Assembly (NCBI GenBank): GCA_965250285.1
Contig: OZ252299.1
Coordinates: 3,776,001 to 3,840,000, forward strand
Direction of reading: 5' to 3'
DNA from: Myxococcota bacterium
GTDB taxonomy: Bacteria; Myxococcota_A; UBA9160; UBA4427
DNA length: 64,000 bases
The notes under the pieces are model-generated. The model was given only the letters and a program-made list of their open reading frames with translations. It was not told the DNA's origin and searched no databases. The position numbers and the translations under genes are program-made. Below are positions 19,176-30,469 of this stretch, piece by piece. Position 1 is the first letter of the stretch. Each line of letters begins with the position of its first letter.

Positions 19176-19978
19176 GACGCCCGATGATCGCCTAGATCGA
19201 TCGCACGTGTCACGTGGACGATCGCGGTGCTCGTCCGACGCGCGCGCCCTTCGTCGTGCAGCTCGACGCGAATCACTTCCTTGCGATGCGAGTCGAGCCA
19301 GCTCGCACGACTCACGACGGGCCCTTCGCTCACGGGGCCGAGGTAGCGAAGGTCGAGTGCCGAGACCGCGCAGGGCCCCAGTCCCGCCGACTCGGCGAGC
19401 GCGAGCGCCGCGCACTCGATCACGAGCGCCACGAGGGCCCCCTGCAGCGCGCCTTCGGGATTCATCAGCGCAGGCCGCAACCCGAGCTCGACGTGGCCCG
19501 TCGCCGCATCGCGCGTGACCACGCCCGCTTCGAGGTCGAGCGGGCGCTCGGGCGGGTGCCAGGGGATCGTTGCCGGTATCGACAGGCGAGCCACGTCGCG
19601 CGGCGGTCCGACATGTTCGACGCGCATGAACGTGCTCTCGCCGAATGCGTAGAGCGCCCCACCCGCCTCGACCCGAACGGCGGTCGTCACGAAACGCCGG
19701 CCCGTACGGAGCGGCGACGCAGTCGCTTCGAGTCGCTCGGGTGCGCCCGGCTGCGGGATGCGCAGCGACAGGTCGAGGGTGAACGTCGAGTCGTCGCCCG
19801 CGGCCTCGCGCGTCACGATGCCAGCGGCGAGGTCGACGGCCGACGCGATCACGGTCGCGCGCAGCACACCGGCGCGTAGGAGCTCGGGCACTGGCTCGAC
19901 CGCGAGCAAGGCGTCGCCCGATGCGGGCCGAGTGAAGCCGTATCGCGTGTAGAAGAGAGGTGTGGCCTCGTCGACCAA
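19172..19978 (-). CDS. PaaI-type double hotdog thioesterase family protein
   Basis: Two hotdog repeats (VLRATVIASAVDLAAG and MNPEGALQGALVALVIE...LDLRYL). Start approximate (TTG at 19978). Confidence 0.75.
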   Translation of the reverse strand: MVDEATPLFYTRYGFTRPASGDALLAVEPVPELLRAGVLRATVIASAVDLAAGIVTREAAGDDSTFTLDLSLRIPQPGAPERLEATASPLRTGRRFVTTAVRVEAGGALYAFGESTFMRVEHVGPPRDVARLSIPATIPWHPPERPLDLEAGVVTRDAATGHVELGLRPALMNPEGALQGALVALVIECAALALAESAGLGPCAVSALDLRYLGPVSEGPVVSRASWLDSHRKEVIRVELHDEGRARRTSTAIVHVTRAIDLGDHRAS

Positions 19979-19983
19979 GCCGA

Positions 19984-20775
19984 CTAGCCCCCCAACCCCT
20001 CGGGCGTGGGCGTCGGGTACTGCGACGCGATCCCGCCGTCGACGGGCACGACCAGGCCGCTCACGAAGCTCGCCTCGTCGGACGCGAGGAAGAGCGCGGC
20101 GTTGGCGATGTCTTCCGGAAGGCCGAGCCGACGCAGCGGAACGCCCGACTGCATGTGGTCGCGCAGGCCGGGCACCGAGTCGAGGTACGCGCTGAAGCCC
20201 TCGGAGAGGATCGGCCCCGGCGAGATCACGTTTGCGCGGATGCCAAACGGACCGAACTCGGCGCAGATGCTCTTCGCCAGATTGATCACCGCCGCCTTCG
20301 CCATGCCGTACGCCGCCAGCCCGGGCACCGCCCCGAGCCCCGCGCCCGAGGCGGTGATCAGGATGCACCCCCCACGCTGCTCCTTCATCACGCCCAGCGC
20401 CGCCCGCGCGCCGTGGAACACGCCATCGAGGTTCAGCGCGAGCACGCGGCGCAGATCGTCGTCGTCGACCTCTTCGGTCGGGCGCGGCAGCGCGCCGCCC
20501 GCGTTGTTGAACATGACATCGAGCCGCCCCCAGCGTGAGACCGTGGCCTCGACCAGAGCGTCGACCTGGGCCGACACCGTCACGTCCGTGCGCTGCGCAG
20601 TGGCGCGCCCGCCGTCGGCGACGATCGCGTCGGCCGTGGCCTGCGCGTTCTCATCGTCGACGTCGGCGACGACGACCGCCGCCCCTTCGGCCGCGAAACG
20701 AAGCGCCGAGGCGCGACCGATCCCGCGGCCGCTCCCCGTGATGATCGCGATCTTGCCATCGAGGCGACCGGGCAT
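19984..20775 (-). CDS. Short-chain dehydrogenase/reductase
   Basis: TGSGRGIG, NNAG, YGMAK, IRANVISPG, VDGG. Confidence 0.93.
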   Translation of the reverse strand: MPGRLDGKIAIITGSGRGIGRASALRFAAEGAAVVVADVDDENAQATADAIVADGGRATAQRTDVTVSAQVDALVEATVSRWGRLDVMFNNAGGALPRPTEEVDDDDLRRVLALNLDGVFHGARAALGVMKEQRGGCILITASGAGLGAVPGLAAYGMAKAAVINLAKSICAEFGPFGIRANVISPGPILSEGFSAYLDSVPGLRDHMQSGVPLRRLGLPEDIANAALFLASDEASFVSGLVVPVDGGIASQYPTPTPEGLGG

Positions 20776-20956
20776 CCGGGCCCACCCTCCGTACGCGACG
20801 ACGCCAGACGCGGCGCTGAACATGACGCTCACGTCGAAGCGTATCGCGATCGACGAGCAGGGGCCGCCGCACCTCGACGCGTCGCGCTCTGGCCCCATCC
20901 CGTCGGCCGCACCCGATCTCGATGCGTGTTGTATTCGAGTGTCGCCGACCGGTGGA

Positions 20957-21305
20957 ATGCGCGGGATGTCGGTAGAAGCGCCGGGCGTTTTTCGCGTCTC
21001 GGCCATGCACTCGGTGGCGGCATGGCTGGTCGTACAGATTGCCGACGCGACGTTCGACGTCCTCGGCATCCCGCCCTCCCCCACCGATTGCTGATCCTCG
21101 CGGCGGCCGCGGGCCTTCCAATCGCCGTGATGCCGGGCTGGCTCTACGACTGGAGCGGCGGCGAGCAGAAGCGCACCGCGCCCGCCGGGCACGACACCGG
21201 CGACGCCGATGGTGAAGTCACGCGCCTCCGCGGGCGACGACGCATCGATCTCCCCATCATCGTGTTCCTCGCGCTTGCGCTTGCGATGGCGATCTTCGAC
21301 CTAGC
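20957..21305 (+). pseudogene. Frameshifted, truncated remnant of a membrane-anchored TolB-like/TPR protein N-terminus
   Basis: One frame gives VFRVSAMHSVAAWLVVQIADATFDVLGIP then a stop at 21094. A second frame continues HRLLILAAAAGLPIAVMPGWLYDW...IIVFLALALA. Joined, they match the VFRVaaaY.vaaWl..Qvad.......g.P.w..r.l......G.P....laW.yd pattern. No downstream domains follow. Confidence 0.6.
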
Positions 21306-21836
21306 TCACGCGATCAGCTCGTTGAACGGCACCGGCTCCCCCTTGAGCTTCCCGGCGCTCTCTCGGCCGGCGACCGGCAGCCCACTCGGGTCGAGCAAGC
21401 CGATCTGCACCAGGACCGACGCCTGGTCCCAATAGATGTGCTCGTGCGCCAGCTTGCCGTCGCGAAACCCGGCGACCACGACGAGGCCGACCTCGACGGG
21501 TCGACCGGTCGGCGCCACGCCGGGCAGCAGAAAGTCCATCTCGCACGTGTGCGTGAACTCGATCATCAGTTCGTCGACCAGCTGATCGCGACCGACCGTG
21601 CGCGAGATGGGCGTGGATCGAAAATCCGGCGGCAGCCGATTGACGAAGTGATGGCCGTAGAAGGCGCGCAGACCTTCGACACCGCGGCCGCCCGTCATCG
21701 TGGGGACGTGATTGACGGTCGCATCCTCGACCATCGTGCCCACCGTCGCGTCGGCGTCGTGCGTCTCGAACTCGTAGGCGAGGTGGCGTTCCCAGATTTC
21801 GATCATCGCACGCTGCTGTGCGTCGAACTCGGCCAT
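21306..21836 (-). CDS. SnoaL/NTF2-like ester cyclase family protein
   Basis: WERHLAYEFETHDADAT...VNHVPTMTGG...HEHIYWDQASVLVQIGLL. Confidence 0.88.
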   Translation of the reverse strand: MAEFDAQQRAMIEIWERHLAYEFETHDADATVGTMVEDATVNHVPTMTGGRGVEGLRAFYGHHFVNRLPPDFRSTPISRTVGRDQLVDELMIEFTHTCEMDFLLPGVAPTGRPVEVGLVVVAGFRDGKLAHEHIYWDQASVLVQIGLLDPSGLPVAGRESAGKLKGEPVPFNELIA

Positions 21837-21982
21837 CGCGGTCTCCCGGTGATCGCGCACCGCGCGAAAGGCGCGTAGCCCGAGCGTACGAAGGCCGACG
21901 GGATGCTTCAATCACCCCCGAGCCGGTGCCGATGCGCCTCGATCGGGTACGCTCGCTCGACTTCTGCCCGTTCGGAGCTCGC

Positions 21983-23068
21983 GTGGAGAACCGTGCAGCC
22001 TCTGCCCCCGAGATCGAGTCGGCCCTGCGCCGCTGGGGACGCTCGGCGCTCTCGTTCGATCTGCTGCTCGAGCCCGAGCGCTACGACACGTTCGCCTCGG
22101 TCACGTGCCCGGGCGCAGTGGTGCCGTTTCGGCGCTATGGGCGAGTCGACGTGCTCATGGGCGACCCGCTCGTACCCGAAGATCAGCTCGAGCCGGTCGC
22201 TCGTGAGTTCTTGTCGGCACGCCGTGCCGCGCACCGCCCGCTGCTCGGCTTCGCGACCTCACGCGAGTTTGCGCTCGCATGCGTCGACGCGGGTTGCGCT
22301 GCCGTTCAACTGACGGCCGAGCCCGAGATCGACCCGCTGCACTACGCGCCGACGGGCAAACACGCGAAGAAGCTCCGCAGCCACGTGCACAAGCTCGAGC
22401 GAGCCGGCGTCGACGCAACGGCGCTGCCGGCCGGCACGGCCGAGGTGCCCACAGAGTTTCGCATCGCGGCCGAGCGCTTGGTCGCCGACTGGCTCGCGCA
22501 CGGCCCACCGCGCGAGGCGCACCTGCTCGAGGTCGACCCCTGGGTGCGCACCGCCGACAAGCGTTACTTCGCAGTCCCCGACCCCGCCGACCCCGCGCGT
22601 CTGCTCTCGCTGCTGATCGCCCACCCCATCTACGGACGGGGCGGCTGGCACTTCTGTCACCTGATCCACGCATCAGAGGCCCTGCGCGGCGCCAACGAGC
22701 TGAACGTGCTTCGCGCGGTCGAGGCTCTGGCCGCCGAAGGCTGCAGCTACGTGACGTTCGGACCGTTTGCGGCGCCCTCCGCCGGCGAGTTCCACGGCTT
22801 CGGCGGGGTTTGGCGCCCCCTGATCCGGACGTTCTACGACCGGGTCGCGCTGCGCGCGGGCTACGCCGATACGCTTGCGTTCTATGAGAAGATCAAGGCG
22901 CCACCCTTCACACCGCGATTCATGGTCATGGCGCCTCGACACTTTCCGCTGCGGGCGATGCTCGCTCTCAGCCAGGTGACCCACGTGCTCGGCACCCACG
23001 GTCGGCACCCGACGGCGGGTCATGTGCCGAGCGCGGACGCCCCCCCTTGTCCGGATTCGGCCTCCTAG
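21983..23068 (+). CDS. Stand-alone DUF2156/MprF C-terminal (aminoacyl-tRNA-dependent transferase) domain protein
   Basis: VLMGDPLVP, GKHAKKLRSHVHKLERAG, GANEL...EALAAEG...VTFG, and a late FYEKI..PRF segment. No TM region. Start uncertain. Confidence 0.7.
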   Translation: MENRAASAPEIESALRRWGRSALSFDLLLEPERYDTFASVTCPGAVVPFRRYGRVDVLMGDPLVPEDQLEPVAREFLSARRAAHRPLLGFATSREFALACVDAGCAAVQLTAEPEIDPLHYAPTGKHAKKLRSHVHKLERAGVDATALPAGTAEVPTEFRIAAERLVADWLAHGPPREAHLLEVDPWVRTADKRYFAVPDPADPARLLSLLIAHPIYGRGGWHFCHLIHASEALRGANELNVLRAVEALAAEGCSYVTFGPFAAPSAGEFHGFGGVWRPLIRTFYDRVALRAGYADTLAFYEKIKAPPFTPRFMVMAPRHFPLRAMLALSQVTHVLGTHGRHPTAGHVPSADAPPCPDSAS

Positions 23069-23139
23069 TCGACGCGACGCGCTGCATGCGAAGTCGTCGC
23101 CAGGGCCCTACTTTTTGGGCGGCACAGGAGAGGAGCCTC

Positions 23140-23502
23140 ATGCTGGACGTACTCGACGAAACTTCGGGTGATCTCGTGGCGATTCGCGTCTCGGGTCGCC
23201 ATCTCACGGACGAGGCTCACAAGCTCGCCTCGCTCATCGATGCGCGCATCGAGGCCCATGGCCACGCGTGCGCGTTCGTCGAGATCGACGACACCGATGG
23301 CGTCAGCGCGGGCGCGCTGAAGGAGGGTCTCGAGTTCGACCTCCAGCACGGCAAGCAGATCAAGCGCTGCGCCATCGTGGGCGATGCGTCGTGGGAGCGC
23401 GGGCTGGTTCGGCTGCTCGGGCTCTTTTTCACCAACGCAGAGGTCCGCTTCTTTGGTTCGGACGAGCGCGCGACGGCGCTCGAGTGGGCGAGCGGCTCCT
23501 AG
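23140..23502 (+). CDS. STAS/SEC14 (SpoIIAA-like) domain protein
   Basis: VAIRVSGRHLT...KRCAIVGDASW...EVRFF...ALEW. AGGAG RBS. Confidence 0.85.
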   Translation: MLDVLDETSGDLVAIRVSGRHLTDEAHKLASLIDARIEAHGHACAFVEIDDTDGVSAGALKEGLEFDLQHGKQIKRCAIVGDASWERGLVRLLGLFFTNAEVRFFGSDERATALEWASGS

Positions 23503-23687
23503 ACGACGTCGGATGAGGCGCATCGCATGACGCGCGTCGAGACCGACAGCACGAGCAACACCGCGGCCGACTCCGGCTGCTCTTCGAGCGCACCCACGCG
23601 CGGCTCGCACGGCTTCGCTGCGCCGGGCTCGCGATTGGGCGGGACGCTCTCGGGTCGAATCCGGCGCCTCGCGGGTGAAGGTCCGGC

Positions 23688-24421
23688 ATGACGCGTCTGC
23701 TGCTGCTCTACCGGAGCGTGCTCGGCAAGAAGGCCATCGTCGCCGTGACCGGCGCGATCATGATGGGCTTCCTGCTGCTCCACGCCGCGGGCAACGTGAA
23801 GGCCTTTCTGCCCGATCCGACCCCCGGTGTCCCCGACATCGACGTGTACGCGCGTTTCCTTCGCACGATGGGCGAGCCGCTCTTCCCCTACAGCGCCATC
23901 CTGTGGCTGGTGCGCGTCGTCCTCGCCGCTTCGCTCGTGCTCCACGTCGTGTGCGTGGTTCAGCTCGCGCTGCACAATCGAAGAGCAAGGCCGCGGGCGT
24001 ACGATCAATACGACTACACCGAGGCCACGACTTCAGCGCGCTGGATGCTGTACACCGGCGGCCTGCTGCTCTGCTTCCTCGTGGTGCACCTGCTGCAGTT
24101 CACCACGGGTACGATCGACGCTTCACGCTTCGTCGAAGGCGAGGTCTACGGCAACCTGTACCGAGCCTTCCATCAGTGGGGCTTCGTCGGCTTCTACCTG
24201 GCGGCGATGAGCGTGCTCGCGCTGCACCTCTATCACGGCGCCTGGAGCCTCTTTCAATCGCTCGGCCTCGACAACCCCGATCGCAACCGCGGACTTCGTC
24301 GCCTGGCCCTCGTGGTCGCCCTACTGCTGCCCCTGATCTTCGCCACGCTGCCCGTGGCCTTCATGTCCGGCCAGATGGATCCGCCGCCCGCGCAGATCGG
24401 CCGGCTCGGTGGGGACCCCCG

Positions 24422-24425
<4 letters not shown>
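23688..24425 (+). CDS. sdhC: Succinate dehydrogenase cytochrome b558 subunit (5-TM, diheme type)
   Basis: KKAIVAVTG...[32 protein letters not shown]. Confidence 0.92.
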
Positions 24426-26338
<1,913 letters not shown>

Positions 26339-26407
26339 CGGTCACAGCGAGCATCGAACCAGCCACGCGAATCGAAGCACGACGCGCACTCGACGGGACG
26401 ACACGAC

Positions 26408-27184
26408 ATGAAGTTCACCCTGAGCATCTGGCGACAGTCCGGTCCCGACGCAGAAGGCCAGTTCGTCGACTACGAGATCGACGACATCGAGCCGACGACC
26501 TCGTTTCTCGAGATGATGGACACCCTCAACGAGCAGCTGACCGAGGCTGGCGACGAGCCCGTCGCCTTCGACAGCGACTGCCGCGAGGGCATCTGCGGTA
26601 TGTGCTCGATGGTGATCAACGGACGTCCCCATGGCCCGCAGTCGGGCGCTACCACGTGCCAGCTCTACATGCGCCTCTTCGAAGACGGCGACCGCATCAC
26701 CGTCGAGCCCTGGCGCTCGGCGGCTTTCCCGTCGCTTCGTGATCTGATCGTCGACCGCAGCGCCTTCGACCGCATCATGCAGGCCGGGGGCTACGTCACG
26801 GTGCACTCGGGCCCCAAGCCCGAGCCGAACGCGATGCCGATCGACCCCGAGGTGGCCGAGGAGGCGCTCGACGCCGCGTGCTGCATCGGATGCGGCGCGT
26901 GCGTGGCGGCCTGCCCGAACGGATCCGCGTCGCTGTACACGGCGGCCAAGGTCTCCCACCTGGGGCTGCTGCCCCAGGGTCAACCCGAGCGCTATCGACG
27001 TGTGCGCCACATGGTCGATCAGATGCAGACCGAGTCGTTCGGTTCGTGTCGCAGCTATGCCGAGTGCGAGTCGAACTGCCCGAAGGAGATCAGCATCAAG
27101 TTCATCGGGCAGATGAATCGCGACTATCTGCGCGCGATCTTGAAGGAGCCCATCGATCGGCGTGGCCCGATGGATGCGCAGTAG
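26408..27184 (+). CDS. sdhB: Succinate dehydrogenase iron-sulfur subunit
   Basis: CREGICGMC, CIGCGACVAACP, CRSYAECESNCP. Confidence 0.96.
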   Translation: MKFTLSIWRQSGPDAEGQFVDYEIDDIEPTTSFLEMMDTLNEQLTEAGDEPVAFDSDCREGICGMCSMVINGRPHGPQSGATTCQLYMRLFEDGDRITVEPWRSAAFPSLRDLIVDRSAFDRIMQAGGYVTVHSGPKPEPNAMPIDPEVAEEALDAACCIGCGACVAACPNGSASLYTAAKVSHLGLLPQGQPERYRRVRHMVDQMQTESFGSCRSYAECESNCPKEISIKFIGQMNRDYLRAILKEPIDRRGPMDAQ

Positions 27185-27196
27185 CGGGAGGTCGCC

Positions 27197-27712
27197 ATGC
27201 CCGAAACGCACGCACGCGCCGAGCTCAAGACGCTCCCGCCGGCCGAAACGACGACGGCGCTCGCGATGGCGCAGCGCTGCCGCGACGTGGGCGAGCCCGA
27301 AGAAGCGGAGAGCATCTGCCTCGATGTGCTCGCCGCCGAGCCGGCGCATCAGGAGGCATTGATCCTGCTGGTCCTGGCTCGGACGGATCTGCTCGACCGG
27401 GGCCTGCCGGGTGGGGTCGAGCGCGCGCGCGAGCCTCTCGAGAAGCTCGAGAGCGAATACGACCGGGCGTACTACGCCGGTATCATCTGCGAGCGGCAGG
27501 CTCGCCATCTGGTCCAGGCCCGCGGCCGCCGAAGCTCGTTCGTCGCCTGGGACTGGTTCCAGAACGCGATGCGGCATTTCGAAGAAGCGGCCCGCCTGGC
27601 GCCCGAACGCGTCGAGCCGGTGCTGCGGTTCAACACCTGCGTTCGACTCATCGAGCGAAACCCGCACTGCGAGCCGGGCCCCGACGACCTCGAAGAGCAC
27701 GGCATCGAGTAG
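27197..27712 (+). CDS. Hypothetical alpha-helical/TPR-like protein co-oriented with sdhCAB
   Basis: GGAGG RBS, 12 bp after sdhB; EAESICLDVL, RAYYAGIICER, LRFNTC. Confidence 0.75.
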   Translation: MPETHARAELKTLPPAETTTALAMAQRCRDVGEPEEAESICLDVLAAEPAHQEALILLVLARTDLLDRGLPGGVERAREPLEKLESEYDRAYYAGIICERQARHLVQARGRRSSFVAWDWFQNAMRHFEEAARLAPERVEPVLRFNTCVRLIERNPHCEPGPDDLEEHGIE

Positions 27713-27724
27713 CCCCCGCCCGCG

Positions 27725-30154
27725 TCAACTCGCGGGTCTGGGATCCTCGTAGCGCGCAAGGTCGAGAATGCCCGCCTTCGGGCCATCGCGCCGAGCGAAG
27801 TCGTCGCGCACCCAATCCATGGCCGGCCAGAAACGGGGGCTCGAGCGGCGGATCCCCCAGCGATCGACGATGCGCAGCCAGGCGGCTTCGCCATCCGATG
27901 CGCCCATCTCGTCGACGAAATCGGACAGCTCTAACTCGGGCACGTCGAGCATGAAGTTCGGGTAGCTGGCGAAGTAGCCGCGCACGAGCGTCACGTCGTC
28001 CTTCTCAGGCTGCAGACGACGACCCTCGCGGAACATGTGGGCGACGTTCGTGTGCGCACGGTTGTGGACCACCGTGTAGACGATCGGCTCGTCACCCGGC
28101 TCACTCGGCTGAACGCGCAGGATCGTGACCTCGGGCAGCGCGGCGATGGCACCGCCCCGCCGCTGCGAGAGCGGGCGAAGCGCACGCTCGGCGCTTCGCT
28201 CGAGCGGCGTGGCGCCCGGGCGATCGCAGGGTTCAGCGCGGCACGCATTCAGCAGATCGGGCGAGTGCGCGATCGAAGGGGTCCGCGTGGCGACGCGCTC
28301 GAGCAGCTCGGCCTTCGGGTCATCCGTCTCGTAGACGATGCGTGTGCCGTGAACGTGCTTCTTGTTCGTGTCGGTGATGCGGTACTTGCGCTCCCGCGTC
28401 GCACCTTCGTACCACGAGCGCCGAATCGGCTCGCGCACGTCCGGTGGCAGGAAGCCGAGAAAGACCTCCTCGGCCTGCATCCGCAAGAAGTTCATGTAAA
28501 GCCGGGTCGAGACCTGATGCGAAACGTTTCCAAAGACGTCGAAGCCCGCGACCAGGTCGTAGTAGATGCGCTCCAGCACCGGGTAGTCGATCACCCAGGC
28601 CGTTTCGGGCGGCCCCCCGATGAAACCGCGCCGGACGGTCGCGTTGTCGAAGTTTCGGAAGACGGTCAGCAGGGCGTTCGGATTCGTGCCCCCGCCGCCG
28701 TCCCAGATCCAGTCGAGCTCGGGCCCCTGCTTCGCGGGGTCGGCTCGGTCGTAGCCCTTCTGCATGAGATCCCGGTAGCGCTTCTGCTTCGCGTCGTAGC
28801 GAGCCCAGAGCATCTCGGGCGCCCAGTCACTGCCGTACTCGGCCGGCATGGCGAGGAACTCGGCGACCTCGTCCATCAGCTCGGGCTGCGTCGAGAGCAG
28901 ATCGTGAGCGGGATCGACGAACATCACGAAGAATCGATCTTCGATCACGTCGACGGCGACCTGGCCACGGCACACCGGGCCGCGAATGAACGTCATGATG
29001 AAGTACTGAGCGTCGTCGAGCAGGAACCGGTAGCGAGCCGACACCGGCATCTCGGCGAACGAGACGAAGGGGTTCGCGGCCTGCTTCGGGTCGTAGCCCG
29101 GCAGCTCGGTCGGGCTCCAGTCTGCACCGAGAAAGAGCTCGCGCACGCGCGCCATTCGACCCTCGTCGAGCCAGTACAGGATGCGCGTCTTGTGAAGCGG
29201 CGCGCCGGTGACCGGGCGCAGTCGATAGAAGAACGGGTCGGAGCCAGGCGAGTCGAAGGGGCGCCGGGTCGCGATCGAGTCGATCGGCTCTCCGGGCCCG
29301 GTCCGCGATCGCACGATGCGGAACACCGGGCCCTCTGGATCGGTTCGAAACCCGAGATGCGCGATGAACCAGTGCTCGTACAGGTAGCGGGCGGTGATCT
29401 GCTCCTTCAGGCCGTCCTGATTGAGGAACGCCTCCCACGCGTCGACCTGCCGGCTGACCCGCTCGTTCAGCAGAGTCGGCGACGGGTCGGTCACTCCACC
29501 GGCATCGAGCCACGACGCGAGCGTCTCGTACTCGGAGCGACTGAGGGGCGCCGTGCCGTACGGCATGCCACCGTGCGGATTGGCGCGCGCGTACTCATCT
29601 GCGTCGTCGACCGTCGGGCAGGTGAGCTTGCGCGTGATGTCGAGCTCGACGTCGACGGGCAACGGCGCGCCGGGCGTGGGCGGATGCGTCCGCCCGAGCT
29701 CGACGAGCGCGCGCATCAGCGATGCGGCGCTGGGCTCCGCATCGGGCATGACCGAGAAGAAGCCCTTCTTGCGCCAGGCATCGACCGTCGTCGCGTCTTC
29801 ATCGAGCCGGGTGAGCGGCGCTTCGTGCAGTCTCGCCGCGTGGTAGACCGCCTCCTTGCTCGCCCCGCGTTCGATGCCGGCCGCTTCGCTCAGGACGAGC
29901 TGGCACGGGGCGTCGTAGCAGCCATGACAGACGACGCAGCGCCGCTCGAGCACGGGCGCGACATCGCTCGCGTAGTCGGGGCGGACGGTCGATGAGGCAT
30001 CCCGTGCGACGCCGCCGGCGGCCGGAGGAGCGACATCGGGCGACGCGGCCTCCACCCCCACGCTCTTCGGGTTCGCGCTCGAACCCGGGCGACACGCGAC
30101 ACTCCCCGATCCGAGGATCAGGACGATCAACAGTCCGCCCACGAGCGCCGGCAT
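27725..30154 (-). CDS. cti: Fatty acid cis/trans isomerase (heme c protein)
   Basis: RCVVCHGCYDAPCQL, GMPYG, ARYLYEHWF, FIRGPVCRGQ, ERIYYDLVAGFDVFGN, GILDLARY. Lipobox-like SVAC after a hydrophobic N-terminus. Confidence 0.92.
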   Translation of the reverse strand: MPALVGGLLIVLILGSGSVACRPGSSANPKSVGVEAASPDVAPPAAGGVARDASSTVRPDYASDVAPVLERRCVVCHGCYDAPCQLVLSEAAGIERGASKEAVYHAARLHEAPLTRLDEDATTVDAWRKKGFFSVMPDAEPSAASLMRALVELGRTHPPTPGAPLPVDVELDITRKLTCPTVDDADEYARANPHGGMPYGTAPLSRSEYETLASWLDAGGVTDPSPTLLNERVSRQVDAWEAFLNQDGLKEQITARYLYEHWFIAHLGFRTDPEGPVFRIVRSRTGPGEPIDSIATRRPFDSPGSDPFFYRLRPVTGAPLHKTRILYWLDEGRMARVRELFLGADWSPTELPGYDPKQAANPFVSFAEMPVSARYRFLLDDAQYFIMTFIRGPVCRGQVAVDVIEDRFFVMFVDPAHDLLSTQPELMDEVAEFLAMPAEYGSDWAPEMLWARYDAKQKRYRDLMQKGYDRADPAKQGPELDWIWDGGGGTNPNALLTVFRNFDNATVRRGFIGGPPETAWVIDYPVLERIYYDLVAGFDVFGNVSHQVSTRLYMNFLRMQAEEVFLGFLPPDVREPIRRSWYEGATRERKYRITDTNKKHVHGTRIVYETDDPKAELLERVATRTPSIAHSPDLLNACRAEPCDRPGATPLERSAERALRPLSQRRGGAIAALPEVTILRVQPSEPGDEPIVYTVVHNRAHTNVAHMFREGRRLQPEKDDVTLVRGYFASYPNFMLDVPELELSDFVDEMGASDGEAAWLRIVDRWGIRRSSPRFWPAMDWVRDDFARRDGPKAGILDLARYEDPRPAS

Positions 30155-30469
30155 GCGCCTGCGGACAAGGCCACAGGAGAGCACACCGCCCGCAAGGACG
30201 GTCGTGCCCTCGAATCGACCGCGGGAAAGTGCGCACGCGTCGGCGCTCCGCGCTCGGGTTCGCAGCTTTGGATGTCGATGAATCGGCACGGCGGGCTCTC
30301 TGGGCGACTTCACTTCGGCCGGCTCGAACGGCACAGCTTCGATTCGCCGAGCGCATCGCACCCCGAAACGGAAGCTCGGCCGTCGCTCGGCCTTCGCTCG
30401 GCCTTCGCTCAGCGCGGCGAGACGGATACCACAGGCACCCCGTCGATCCACGCGATCCCGCCGGAACGT

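Noticed and set aside
23675..24421. N-terminal extension of the 887-aa ORF suggesting an SdhA fusion
   Set aside because: It is an off-frame shadow of sdhC; SdhA starts at 24422.
28037..29995. Long antisense and alternate-frame ORFs here and elsewhere (e.g. 1990-3576, 34514-36364, 14747-16537)
   Set aside because: They are Arg/Ala/Pro-rich, motif-free translations expected at high GC, and they overlap well-supported genes.
30374..30410. 11-bp tandem repeat GCTCGGCC(G/T)TC, about 3.4 copies, upstream of cti
   Set aside because: Short, GC-rich and imperfect, with no support for a function.
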